A stretch of 51,707 bases of DNA from Saprospiraceae bacterium. Its GTDB lineage: Bacteria; Bacteroidota; Bacteroidia; Chitinophagales; Saprospiraceae. The notes below the pieces were generated by a model that had not been told where the DNA came from, made no database searches, and was given only the letters and a program-made list of their open reading frames with translations. Below are positions 1-8,949 of the stretch, piece after piece. How positions within the stretch are numbered: the first letter of the stretch is position 1; each line of letters opens with the position of its first letter. Location: contig JAHDGW010000001.1 in assembly GCA_020631635.1 (NCBI GenBank), positions 1-51,707 of the forward strand, given 5' to 3'. The translations under genes were made by a program, and so were the position numbers.

Positions 1-17
1 TGGTGAAATAACGGGAT

Positions 18-3000
18 TTACAAATACATGCATCCTGAAGCCCCAAAGGTAGGAGTTGCCCCCGAGGAATAACCACAATCTGAACGAGCCTTAAATTTTA
101 CAAGAACAATATTAGAATTGGTAATAGACCCTGGGCTACCTATGAGACCAAAAGAATCAAGTTGACCATAATGAGCCGTAACGGTATCTATGTAAGTAGT
201 ACCACTAGATAGTATTGGCTCTTGAAAGTGTTGAAAAGTGGCCATGCTTTCATCGAAAGGTACAGGATATGCCACTTCATATGATCCTGGTACGAGATGC
301 ATTTCACTGGGTAGGGTAAAATCAAAAACTACATCCTTAATATTACCAAGTTGGGTACTACTCATCTTGTAAACAAACTCAACCGTATCGCACAGATCTA
401 CAGATATATTTCCAGGCGGAGCACTTATTTGACCATCCAGAGAACCCAAAATTGTATTAAATTGAATAGTCGAAGGATCGGCACAAGTAGCTTCTTCAAT
501 TGTTGTAGGATATTCTACGCAATCCCACCCTGCAGAAAAATCCAGTGTTTGGGGATCACAATCAGTGACATTCACACATAATTCAAATGATCTATTATCA
601 CCAGCATCGGTATCCATGAGTGGATATATTCCAAAGTTAGTCGGTGTAATTAAAGTACTGGCTCCATCGGTCACTTCCGTAAGAGATTGCACTACTAGAC
701 CTCCTGTAGTGGTTTGTATATTAAGAAAAGAAAATGGTGCATCAAGATTGGTCGTATTCTTAAGATTGATCAATACACATGCTCTAGGTTCAGTGATATC
801 ATTTACTGGAGTAGGAGTCGTGACTTCTAATTTTGCGCCTCCCGTATAATTCCAATTTTCTGTTGTTTCCGCTACCTCAAAAGTTGGGGCACAAAAGACT
901 TGTTCATCCACTTCCCAAGTTGCTTGAAACGATGAGGCATAGGTTGCTTCTTCAGAAAGGCAATTACCTTGTATGGCTGGAAAAAACCAAAATATTCCTC
1001 CTTCGTCCATAGGTAATTCGTCGTGACCTAGAGACTCTAAATAATCTTTAGCTAAAAAGGTAAGTTGATCACCATCCTCAATAAAATATTGCTCTGGTAT
1101 AGTTGCTGATTCAGCCACAATATCACGGTCAGTTCCTATATATTGACGATATCTAAACTGGTGACTATCATTTCTAAAGCTAAATTCAATAGGTTTAGTA
1201 AAAATCACAGTCTCTGGTGTACCTACAGGTCTGATTTCATTAGGAAATTCATCAAAACCTAGTCCTCCGTAATTTAAGTCACTACGTAGGTAAAATGGTG
1301 ATAATTCGCATCCACCAAAGTTACGACCTGCGATCACATCATTATGATAGTTGCGGATACCAATCTGCTGCATGTTTTCAAATAGAAAATTACATCGTGC
1401 AGTATCCCCTTGTGCATAGATATCGTCACTGAGATAAAACCAAGTATCGTAGGTTATATTTTCATCTTGGACATTGATGAGCTCATCTTTCGTTTTATAA
1501 TAAACGCATACGACCACACTGTCTTGATCCTCATATTGGAATCCATCAAAATCAGTACAGGCTAAACCGCTCAATACATCGGCAGAAATATCAGTGACTA
1601 AGCGAGTACCATCAGCAAATTGTGAAAGTACTTGGCAGGATCTAAGCATATTTCCATTGCTGGCATCGTATACTTTAAGGTCTCCTCCAAGTATGGTAAA
1701 ATTGTTAGAATTTATATCGATAGTAGCGAAAGCATTAACCCATGTCTCGCTATTATCGGCATCATTTACAATACCTTCAAATGTCGCTTTTAAGGTATCT
1801 CCGGTTAGGAATCGCTTAAAAGCTAATGCACTAGTATCTATGATTATCCCTCCATCAGGCACCTGATCATTGTTAGCATCTGGAAAGCCATAATTTACTC
1901 TTCGGATATCGAGATTGGTATGCGACATACCGTCGCAAGGTCCACAACCTGGACAATCAAAACTGATAGGGAAAGGGACGCCACAATCTGCTTTTTCAGT
2001 ACATGCTACACAGCTAGGGTCGGTTACAAAAGTTGGGTTGATTGTGATATTACTCGTGGTGCTACAACCTCCACCTGGTTTTTCACTACAATCAGGAGTA
2101 TAACAAAATTCTAATCCTGTATCACCGCTGAGCGAAAACCCTGAAGGATATGGGTCGCCTCCTGCTGCAGTATCTCCAAACCTAACGACAATTTCATCAT
2201 CTACACCCACACCATTATTATCGGTACCGTTTACTATAGTTGGTGTATATACGGTACCATCTGCATCTACCCACTGGATGGAAGACGGATCGATATCCAT
2301 TCCGCATTCTGCTACAATTGTTATTTCGAGGTAGGCATTAGGGTATAGTGTTCTATTGGCTCCAGAAAACCAAGAGTTTTGAGCGTCTGTTACAGCATAT
2401 CTGAGGCATCCACCAGATGCAGGAGCATTACTTTCTCCCTCTATAAAACCAAAGAAACGGGCATTATTACCCGCTCGCTGATAATCTGTATTATCGACAA
2501 ACTCTTTATCACAAGGATCTGTATATGTGACACTTCTTACATTGTTTCTATATACATATAAAACGTCACACCCTCTGCAATTACAACTATGGTCTATTTC
2601 ATATTTGAAATATAGCGTATCTCCTGCACTTAGGTTGACGTCATTCATCTCGGCATTGATACTTCTATAATTATCTGCTCCACTCACACATCCGTAGCTT
2701 GGGTTTGGATTGTTTGCACCAATAGATGCGCTAATGAAAGGACCTGAAGGATCATTTATAGAATACATAAGAGAACTACCAACAATTGCTCCTGTATAAA
2801 ACTCTTGATGAATTTCAAAAGTTATGTCTTTTGCATCAGCAAGACCTTCATTAATGATTTGAAAGCCATACTCTGTATTTTCTGTATCATAACATGCTGG
2901 TCGATAGGTAAAAGGTTCATAAGTAGATATTGCTAAATCTGGTCCTGCAAAATCAAAATTGATACCTGTGCTCGAAATATTACTAGTAGCACAAACAGAT

Positions 3001-5099
3001 CCTTGACACCCAAATCTAGCTCCCCTCATTATGGGTTCGAGCTGACCTGACTGACACTCGGTACCTAACCATGCTTCACATAGAAAAAGACTCTCATTTT
3101 CTTCAAAAAAAGTATCCCCATCTGCACTGGCACCTAACATGGCTTGTGTGATAATGTCAGCACCAATAGTATAAAATACGGTATCTCCACTAGTACTAGA
3201 AGGTGGTATATCCATGCCGGCGAAAGAAACTCCCTGTATAGCAAGGGATGAAGGATTAATAACAAAATAAGTAAACTCTTCTATATACCCTGCCCCAGCA
3301 TTTACAACTGGTACCTTTAAGGTGTCTGTTACTCCTAAGACGGCATCAAAGATATTCATGCCTTCTCTGATATTTCCTATAATACTACCCGATAGCACCG
3401 ATAGATTTGCAGCTTGTAAGCTGTAATTATCAGAGAATCCCGTGGCGCTATTAGCTGCTCCTTCACAGAGGGGATCGTGGGTGAGATTTATGTCAAAAGA
3501 CTGTGAAACATTGGCCATCGTACAACCCGACATCATTTCTAACTCAAAAACCAATGTTGTATTTGGTTCAAGGTCTGAGATACTAAGCATAGTGTTGGTT
3601 GCATCTGGGATAATAGTACCGCCACTGATAGCACTTACCGCAGAAATTTCCATATTAGCTGGCATTAACATCTCAATATTAACATTGGTCAGATCTACCT
3701 CTTGGCTATTGGTATAAGTAATGGATACTGATGCTGTCTCTGTGGGTCCACAGATATTAACACTTGTCACAAAGTCTATATCAAAATCTATAATAGGGTC
3801 TGGTACATCATAGGTGATGGTAGTCAAAGGAAATTGGCCTTGTGCCTCTTCAAGACAATCAGTATCACCATCACAGCCAAATTGTGCCCTTCTAGTAAGA
3901 TCATCTGTAGTTGCTGTACAAGATATGACCGCAAAGGTCTCTACTACGTCTATAGATGCACCCTCTGCTATTCCTCCCGGGATAACAAAACAAGATTGTC
4001 CTGATGGAGAACTAGTTGCAGCATTTAAAGAAGTACCTCCTATAGCAACACCAGTAAGAGAAAGATTTGCATTATCTAAAACACAATATGTAACTTCACC
4101 AGCATCTGCATTACCAACATTTTCTACCGTATTGGTGATAGATTGTTCAAGCCCAATTTGTGCATTGAAAAAAGGAGGAGTGCTATTAGTAATATCAATA
4201 TTTGGAGAATTAAGGGTAACGTTATTAAAGGTCTCCATAAACGTAACAACCATACCGTTGCAATCTTCGTAAGCAATGGTGAAACCTATTATATCTGAAG
4301 TATTAAGCATATTGCAAGACACATTGGTATTAACCGTAAAATTTATATCTGAACTCGTAACGTTACTAATGGTAACATCTCCGCTCGGTAACGCTATAAC
4401 GGTTGCACCAGAAATATCACTAATTATGACATCTTCTAACGAACTGGGAAGTATAAGCATACCGTCCATAAAGTTGGCGTTTGAGGCATTACTTATCACT
4501 ACATCGTAAGAGAGGTCTCCACAGCTACTGACCATAGATGGGGTATTGGCTAAAGTGATATCCACCTCATTGTCTGAAATCTCACATATTTCTACGTTAT
4601 CTAAGGTAAGGTCCTGAGCTATTGTATTTCCAGTACGATCTTCAAAACGTATAATAACATTGGATTGGGATGCTGTAAAAGGAAGTGTTACACTATTTGG
4701 GTTAGATGTTTGAGGGTTGAAAATACCTTGAGATACTCCATCTATAAATATTTCGACTGCCTGAGAGTCATTGACTCCAGCTGCACCCACATCAATCTTA
4801 AGCTCATAATCATTACAAGTTGTCAAGCTTGTTGTTTGTGACAATACACCATCCACAGCGGAGTTGCTTTGACTAAATACTGCTTGTCCACCAATAGCTG
4901 CCACATTACCCGATGCATTCCACCCTGTGAGGTTAGAAGAAAAATCTCCATTGGTAATAAAACTACAGTCCTGCCCTTGTAAAAGGTTGAAGCCTATTAA
5001 AGTAAAAAAGATTAGAATAGAGTAGCGATTTACATGATCTGTAAATACGGCAGAATGGTCTTTCTCAGAAAGTTTCTGAGAGAATTGTAGTTTTCTCAT
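18..5099 (-). CDS. Giant secreted cysteine-rich surface repeat protein (ORF opens at 5138; Met14 at 5099 is the likelier start)
   Basis: Uninterrupted 5.1-kb ORF. The N-terminus (MRKLQF...YSILIFFTLIGFNLLQGQ) looks like a signal peptide. It is followed by a CBM/galactose-binding-like segment (ITNGDFSSNLTGWNASG...LDNVEICE), DUF11/CARDB-like beta segments, and a Cys-dense patch (CYTPDCSEKPGGGC...CVACTEKADCGVPFPISFDCPGCGPCDG, about 1913-2102). TAA stop at 18-20. No T9SS C-terminal domain is recognisable. Confidence 0.8.
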   Translation of the reverse strand: MRKLQFSQKLSEKDHSAVFTDHVNRYSILIFFTLIGFNLLQGQDCSFITNGDFSSNLTGWNASGNVAAIGGQAVFSQSNSAVDGVLSQTTSLTTCNDYELKIDVGAAGVNDSQAVEIFIDGVSQGIFNPQTSNPNSVTLPFTASQSNVIIRFEDRTGNTIAQDLTLDNVEICEISDNEVDITLANTPSMVSSCGDLSYDVVISNASNANFMDGMLILPSSLEDVIISDISGATVIALPSGDVTISNVTSSDINFTVNTNVSCNMLNTSDIIGFTIAYEDCNGMVVTFMETFNNVTLNSPNIDITNSTPPFFNAQIGLEQSITNTVENVGNADAGEVTYCVLDNANLSLTGVAIGGTSLNAATSSPSGQSCFVIPGGIAEGASIDVVETFAVISCTATTDDLTRRAQFGCDGDTDCLEEAQGQFPLTTITYDVPDPIIDFDIDFVTSVNICGPTETASVSITYTNSQEVDLTNVNIEMLMPANMEISAVSAISGGTIIPDATNTMLSISDLEPNTTLVFELEMMSGCTMANVSQSFDINLTHDPLCEGAANSATGFSDNYSLQAANLSVLSGSIIGNIREGMNIFDAVLGVTDTLKVPVVNAGAGYIEEFTYFVINPSSLAIQGVSFAGMDIPPSSTSGDTVFYTIGADIITQAMLGASADGDTFFEENESLFLCEAWLGTECQSGQLEPIMRGARFGCQGSVCATSNISSTGINFDFAGPDLAISTYEPFTYRPACYDTENTEYGFQIINEGLADAKDITFEIHQEFYTGAIVGSSLMYSINDPSGPFISASIGANNPNPSYGCVSGADNYRSINAEMNDVNLSAGDTLYFKYEIDHSCNCRGCDVLYVYRNNVRSVTYTDPCDKEFVDNTDYQRAGNNARFFGFIEGESNAPASGGCLRYAVTDAQNSWFSGANRTLYPNAYLEITIVAECGMDIDPSSIQWVDADGTVYTPTIVNGTDNNGVGVDDEIVVRFGDTAAGGDPYPSGFSLSGDTGLEFCYTPDCSEKPGGGCSTTSNITINPTFVTDPSCVACTEKADCGVPFPISFDCPGCGPCDGMSHTNLDIRRVNYGFPDANNDQVPDGGIIIDTSALAFKRFLTGDTLKATFEGIVNDADNSETWVNAFATIDINSNNFTILGGDLKVYDASNGNMLRSCQVLSQFADGTRLVTDISADVLSGLACTDFDGFQYEDQDSVVVCVYYKTKDELINVQDENITYDTWFYLSDDIYAQGDTARCNFLFENMQQIGIRNYHNDVIAGRNFGGCELSPFYLRSDLNYGGLGFDEFPNEIRPVGTPETVIFTKPIEFSFRNDSHQFRYRQYIGTDRDIVAESATIPEQYFIEDGDQLTFLAKDYLESLGHDELPMDEGGIFWFFPAIQGNCLSEEATYASSFQATWEVDEQVFCAPTFEVAETTENWNYTGGAKLEVTTPTPVNDITEPRACVLINLKNTTNLDAPFSFLNIQTTTGGLVVQSLTEVTDGASTLITPTNFGIYPLMDTDAGDNRSFELCVNVTDCDPQTLDFSAGWDCVEYPTTIEEATCADPSTIQFNTILGSLDGQISAPPGNISVDLCDTVEFVYKMSSTQLGNIKDVVFDFTLPSEMHLVPGSYEVAYPVPFDESMATFQHFQEPILSSGTTYIDTVTAHYGQLDSFGLIGSPGSITNSNIVLVKFKARSDCGYSSGATPTFGASGCMYL

Positions 5100-5898
5100 G
5101 ACAACGATATAAAGCAAAAACAGAAGCACTTTTGACATTGTCCAAGGTATTACTGTTTTTACATCAATTAATTATTCTGTCAAATGTATGCAATTAAATT
5201 ATATTAATAAATTTTATATGTGTTATAATTTACTATTTTAACTTATTGATATACAATATTCTACACCTATAGAATATTTATATAAATATTAATTCTTATA
5301 TCTAAATTAGCCTTGATTCAAAATATCATTTAGAGGAACATAAAAGGAATAGGTAAAAGCTTTTCTAAAAGAACAATTCAAAAGCTCTCATTACGAATAG
5401 GGTATTGATATGTAGAGACATAGCTTCGTATAGTTTCCAAGCCAAAAATACTAACAACAGAACGGATAGACCCTTAGTATAAGTCAGAGACTCCACAAAA
5501 GCTTATACTTTTATATCAGAAGGTGTCAAAACACTGAAAATCAAGTTCTTATACCCAAAACCCAACCCTTGATTCATCGCAACCTTTGTAGTTTAAGATA
5601 CTGCGGAGTAGTATTCATTTATGATCTTGACTTGCCTTATTGTTGCATCAGGACGTTTTCTAATACACCCTAATAAACGAACTTTTAGAAGTAAGAGTAC
5701 GACCATTAAAGAATAGGTTAGATGCTCTTTTTTAAAGATCATATAAAAACAACCTAAAAGACGCATGCCGAGTATGTTGCACTACCTGAGAAAGCCGCAA
5801 AGCCTTTCGTCCTGATATGTGCTAACAAATATTTCAAATACTCCCCGTTCGTATAAATCAATAAAGTAGAGGTCACATGCTAAAACATCTGTTCAATT

Positions 5899-6108
5899 TT
5901 AGATGCTACTAAGTATTTTTTCGATTGACTTACTAGACGGTGCAAGGCTAAGGTTTTGTAACATCTTATAACCATCATATAACTGTCTAAATTCTGATCT
6001 CAATGCAGGATCAGCATTCATAGCATCGTCAAGCGCAAAGTACTCTTGTAACGGAGCCTCGCCGTAGATGATTTGTATGAGTTTGTTTGGAGTGTATTCG
6101 TTCGCCAT
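5899..6108 (-). CDS. Small conserved-looking hypothetical protein (69 aa)
   Basis: ATG-initiated ORF in an otherwise non-coding 1.4-kb gap. The pattern (IQIIYGEAPLQEYFALDDAMNADPALRSEFRQL...L.PS..SIEKIL) resembles small proteins I recall from Bacteroidota that look like N-terminal anti-sigma helices. This is from memory and was not searched. Confidence 0.5.
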   Translation of the reverse strand: MANEYTPNKLIQIIYGEAPLQEYFALDDAMNADPALRSEFRQLYDGYKMLQNLSLAPSSKSIEKILSSI

Positions 6109-6206
6109 ATATTGGTTTTATTATAGAATTATCATTGCAACCTTATAACCGTTATGTGGCGAGATTTATTGTATATGCAAGGAATATTTAAGAGTTGGGA
6201 GAATAA

Positions 6207-6545
6207 TGGTGACAAAGTCTTAGGGAAACAGGGGAGTCAGGGGTTTGAAGGGCTTGGGGTTTCATGGTGTCTACGGTTTCAGGGGTATTAGGTAATCAAG
6301 TGAGTTTATAGAGTTTACTAGGTTTCTAAAGTATTGATCAAGTCTCACCGTTTGGATATAGAAAAATTATAATGGGCATCCCCTGATTCTTAGATAACCC
6401 CAAACCCCGTCACTTTAGAAAACTTTATAAACTCTATAAACCGATCAACTAGAATCACCTATCAATTACTAATAGAACTAGCCCTAGGGACCCCGTCACC
6501 CTTGAAACCACGATACCTTGTTACCCGTATTAAACCTTATAACCT
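6207..6545. repeat. Long diverged inverted duplication (foldback) with GGTTT(C/G)A(A/G)GGG-type motifs
   Basis: Perfect 14-bp core GTTTATAGAGTTTA (6304-6317) pairs with TAAACTCTATAAAC (6428-6441). The pairing extends through GTTTCTAAAGT / ACTTTAGAAAAC. Outer arm blocks are also homologous when the right arm is reverse-complemented: GGTGACAAAGT vs GGTAACAAGGT, GGTTTGAAGGG vs GGTTTCAAGGG, TATTAGGTAAT vs TATTAGTAATT. The left arm is G-rich and the right arm C-rich. Confidence 0.65.
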
Positions 6546-6552
6546 AATAAAA

Positions 6553-6981
6553 CTACTTTACCCGATACCACTGCTGCGTACGACCGATTAGAGAAAAGCC
6601 TATAAAACCTCTTACGTTGAGCACATCTGCGGACTCTAGGCTCATTTTACATTTATAGATTTTTCCATTAGCAGGGTCCAAAATTTTACCCCCTGTCCAC
6701 TCATCACCGTCTTTTTTGAGGTCGTTTAATATTTGAAGGCCTATCATTGGGGTATCCTTTAGATCACCTTTACACTCACCACACATTTCTGGAATAGTTG
6801 GATCAAGTGTCTTGATGATTTTACCAAAATACTTTCCTCCTTGTTCATAAATTTCAACATGAGATTTCTCTACACCATCGTCATCATCAATCGTTTTCCA
6901 GACTCCGACTACGGATTGTGAATACACTGTAAAAACTAAGAGCATCAATAATAGAGAAAGGGTATATCTAGTCATAGCCAT
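6553..6981 (-). CDS. DUF2147 domain-containing secreted protein
   Basis: Signal peptide MAMTRYTLSLLLMLLVFTVYSQS, then VVGVWKTIDDDDG...VEIYEQGGKYFGKI...GGKILDPANGKIYKCKM...LNVRGF...QQWYRV, which is typical of DUF2147. The track ORF extends to 7089 but that extension overlaps the upstream gene. Confidence 0.8.
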   Translation of the reverse strand: MAMTRYTLSLLLMLLVFTVYSQSVVGVWKTIDDDDGVEKSHVEIYEQGGKYFGKIIKTLDPTIPEMCGECKGDLKDTPMIGLQILNDLKKDGDEWTGGKILDPANGKIYKCKMSLESADVLNVRGFIGFSLIGRTQQWYRVK

Positions 6982-6988
6982 GATTCTT

Positions 6989-7885
6989 TTAGAGTTTAAC
7001 GCAAAGATTCTTGATTTTAGCTTCAAAATGTTGGTGAATTTTATCAAAAACTTCTTGTCCTTTATTTCTTTTAATGGATCTACCATCAATAATATTCACA
7101 GGAGTAAGCTCTCCCATAGACCCCGTAGTGAACACAAAGTCTGATGTATAAAACTCTACCAAAGAACAATTTTTCTCCGTAATTTCTAAGGATAGGTCTT
7201 TACATATTTCGATAACCATAGCCCTTGTGATACCAGGTAAACAAGCATCGGCATGCGGAGTATATATTTGTCCTTTCTTGATATAAAATATATTAGTCCC
7301 ATTGAGTTCGGAGACAAATCCGTATGCATCTAGCATAAGAGCTGCATCAGCACCAGCTACATTAGATTGTATTTTAGCGAGAATGTTATTCAGTAAGTTA
7401 TTGTGATGGATTTTGGAGTCTAGATGCATGGGGCTATTTCTGCGTATGGTGCTCGTGATAATATTGATACCATGATCATTGTCATACACAGGAGGCTTCC
7501 ACTCTGCCAATACAATTAATCCATAATCTTGGTTGAGTCTGGGATCCATTCCGGAAGTGATTTTCCTTCCTCTAGTTAGCGTCAATCGGATATGGGTATC
7601 TCGGTCCATATTGTTTGCCTCTAAGGTTTTTTTGATAGCATCTTTCACTTCATCACGAGAAGGCATATGCACAAAACTTAAAGCATGAGCAGAATCGAAT
7701 AGTCGATCTAAATGACGATCGAGTAGAAACACTCCCTCTTCATACACTCGTATACCTTCCCATACAGCGTCACCGCCTTGTACAACGCTATCAAATACTG
7801 AAACTTTTGCTTCATCACGATGATAAAGACCATCATTGACCCATACCTTGAGGTCTTTGTTTTTAGGATTGAATGATTGTAGCAT
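6989..7885 (-). CDS. Class IV (branched-chain / D-amino-acid type) PLP aminotransferase
   Basis: 298 aa. The N-terminus VWVNDGLYHRDEAKVSVFDSVVQGGDAVWEGIRVY...LDRHLDRLFDSA and the C-terminal part ...LPGITR...E...L...DEVF.TG fit the fold type IV aminotransferase pattern. Confidence 0.8.
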   Translation of the reverse strand: MLQSFNPKNKDLKVWVNDGLYHRDEAKVSVFDSVVQGGDAVWEGIRVYEEGVFLLDRHLDRLFDSAHALSFVHMPSRDEVKDAIKKTLEANNMDRDTHIRLTLTRGRKITSGMDPRLNQDYGLIVLAEWKPPVYDNDHGINIITSTIRRNSPMHLDSKIHHNNLLNNILAKIQSNVAGADAALMLDAYGFVSELNGTNIFYIKKGQIYTPHADACLPGITRAMVIEICKDLSLEITEKNCSLVEFYTSDFVFTTGSMGELTPVNIIDGRSIKRNKGQEVFDKIHQHFEAKIKNLCVKL

Positions 7886-7888
7886 AGT

Positions 7889-8611
7889 TTATTTTACTTT
7901 TATAGCCTGTTGAAAAAGGGATTTATAATAAGGTAATGCTTCCTCATACAAAGGAACAAGTCTTTCTGGCAATTCTACAGATCTAGTGACCGTTTTTGAA
8001 AAACCCGTACTTTGGTGCACATTAGAGTACCAATGCCTTGCCCATGACCCATCTTCAGGTCTCGGGCCAGCCTCCCAACGAAGCATATCCTTGTCAAAAG
8101 GGATTTCGAGCCGCTTACATAATATTGTCAAAACCATATTTGGGTCTTTGAGTAACTCCCCTGAGTCGATGACCGCATACTGGTACCCTTGCTCTCTGAT
8201 ATGCTCATACAGTTCAAATTCACGTCGGATACCAATATCCTGTATAGTCGGATTGGGATATACTTTATCAAAAGAAACTATGAGTCTCCGAATATCTCGT
8301 ATCAGAAAGATATGATGCATTCCAGCTAAAAACTCAAGCGACATATAATCAATATGATGAGCCATGTTTTTGAGAAATACATATGGTGTATCGTACTGCT
8401 TGTCGAATACCTCTGAAATCACTTTGTTGTAGTCACAATCTTGGGTTTGCATTACTTCTTTTCGGCCAGGATGATCCTTTCCGCTATGATGGAGATAGTG
8501 GGCATAAAGCGGCTCGTCCACTATACTACAATCGATACGATTGCCAAAAGAGTACATCAATGCTGTGGATATATTTCGTGGTCCTGATATGAGATGAAAT
8601 CTTTTAGTCAT
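7889..8611 (-). CDS. Sulfotransferase-like P-loop family protein
   Basis: 240 aa. N-terminal P-loop-like ISGPRNISTALMY and overall resemblance to the sulfotransferase-type domain family often found next to class IV aminotransferases. It lies 3 nt from the aminotransferase start. The product name is tentative. Confidence 0.55.
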   Translation of the reverse strand: MTKRFHLISGPRNISTALMYSFGNRIDCSIVDEPLYAHYLHHSGKDHPGRKEVMQTQDCDYNKVISEVFDKQYDTPYVFLKNMAHHIDYMSLEFLAGMHHIFLIRDIRRLIVSFDKVYPNPTIQDIGIRREFELYEHIREQGYQYAVIDSGELLKDPNMVLTILCKRLEIPFDKDMLRWEAGPRPEDGSWARHWYSNVHQSTGFSKTVTRSVELPERLVPLYEEALPYYKSLFQQAIKVK

Positions 8612-8949
8612 GATTCATTCAATTCTCTTGGATGCCAGTATTTGCTTTTAAAATCTTGAACTTTATCGTTTTTTACTATAGTGCCTTCAGCCTCAAGGTG
8701 TTCTTGCATATAGGTAGGATAAGGGAAGCTATTCCTTCCACTGAGTTCACCCTTACTATTTACTACTCGAAAGGCTGGAACACGACCGTTAAACAATTCA
8801 CATCTTTTCAGCGCAAAGCCCACCATACGAGCAGAACCCAACGCTAAATAATCTGCAATAGCCCCATAAGTACTTACTCTACCTTTTGGGATGAGGCAAG
8901 TAATTTCATGCACCAATTCGATATAATTGTCAGGTCGCTTGACTGCCAT
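8608..8949 (-). CDS. MGMT-family DNA-binding protein lacking the catalytic Cys (alkyltransferase-like, ATL type)
   Basis: 113 aa. Helix-turn-helix part IPKGRVSTYGAIADYL and the active-site position reading VPAFRVVNSKG instead of PCHRV. It overlaps the downstream gene by 4 nt. Confidence 0.8.
   Translation of the reverse strand: MAVKRPDNYIELVHEITCLIPKGRVSTYGAIADYLALGSARMVGFALKRCELFNGRVPAFRVVNSKGELSGRNSFPYPTYMQEHLEAEGTIVKNDKVQDFKSKYWHPRELNES

Noticed and set aside
351-4509. Nine + strand ORFs of 60-152 aa in the track (351-581, 565-849, 1594-1866, 1915-2103, 1920-2114, 2379-2561, 3442-3717, 3814-4272, 4276-4509).
   Set aside because: All lie antisense inside the uninterrupted 5.1-kb - strand ORF. 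They have low-complexity Ser/Thr/Val/Pro-rich translations and no recognisable motifs, so they are shadow ORFs.
5780-5825. TPP-riboswitch-like fragments (CTGAGA at 5786-5791 and CCTGAT at 5811-5816).
   Set aside because: Only two short conserved-looking strings are present. The flanking GGGG/ACCC pairing and the pyrimidine-sensing helix are absent, there is no thiamine-related gene downstream, and the orientation does not face a gene.
6982-7089. N-terminal extension of the DUF2147 ORF, with similar extensions at 5100-5138, 12023-12055, 23567-23629, 25871-25918, 27739-27810 and 32068-32079.
   Set aside because: The extensions overlap upstream genes or precede an internal Met that begins a textbook signal peptide or conserved N-terminus, so the internal starts are preferred.
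7986-8847. + strand ORFs at 7986-8315, 8383-8592 and 8632-8847.
   Set aside because: They lie antisense to the sulfotransferase-like and MGMT-like genes and show no motifs.
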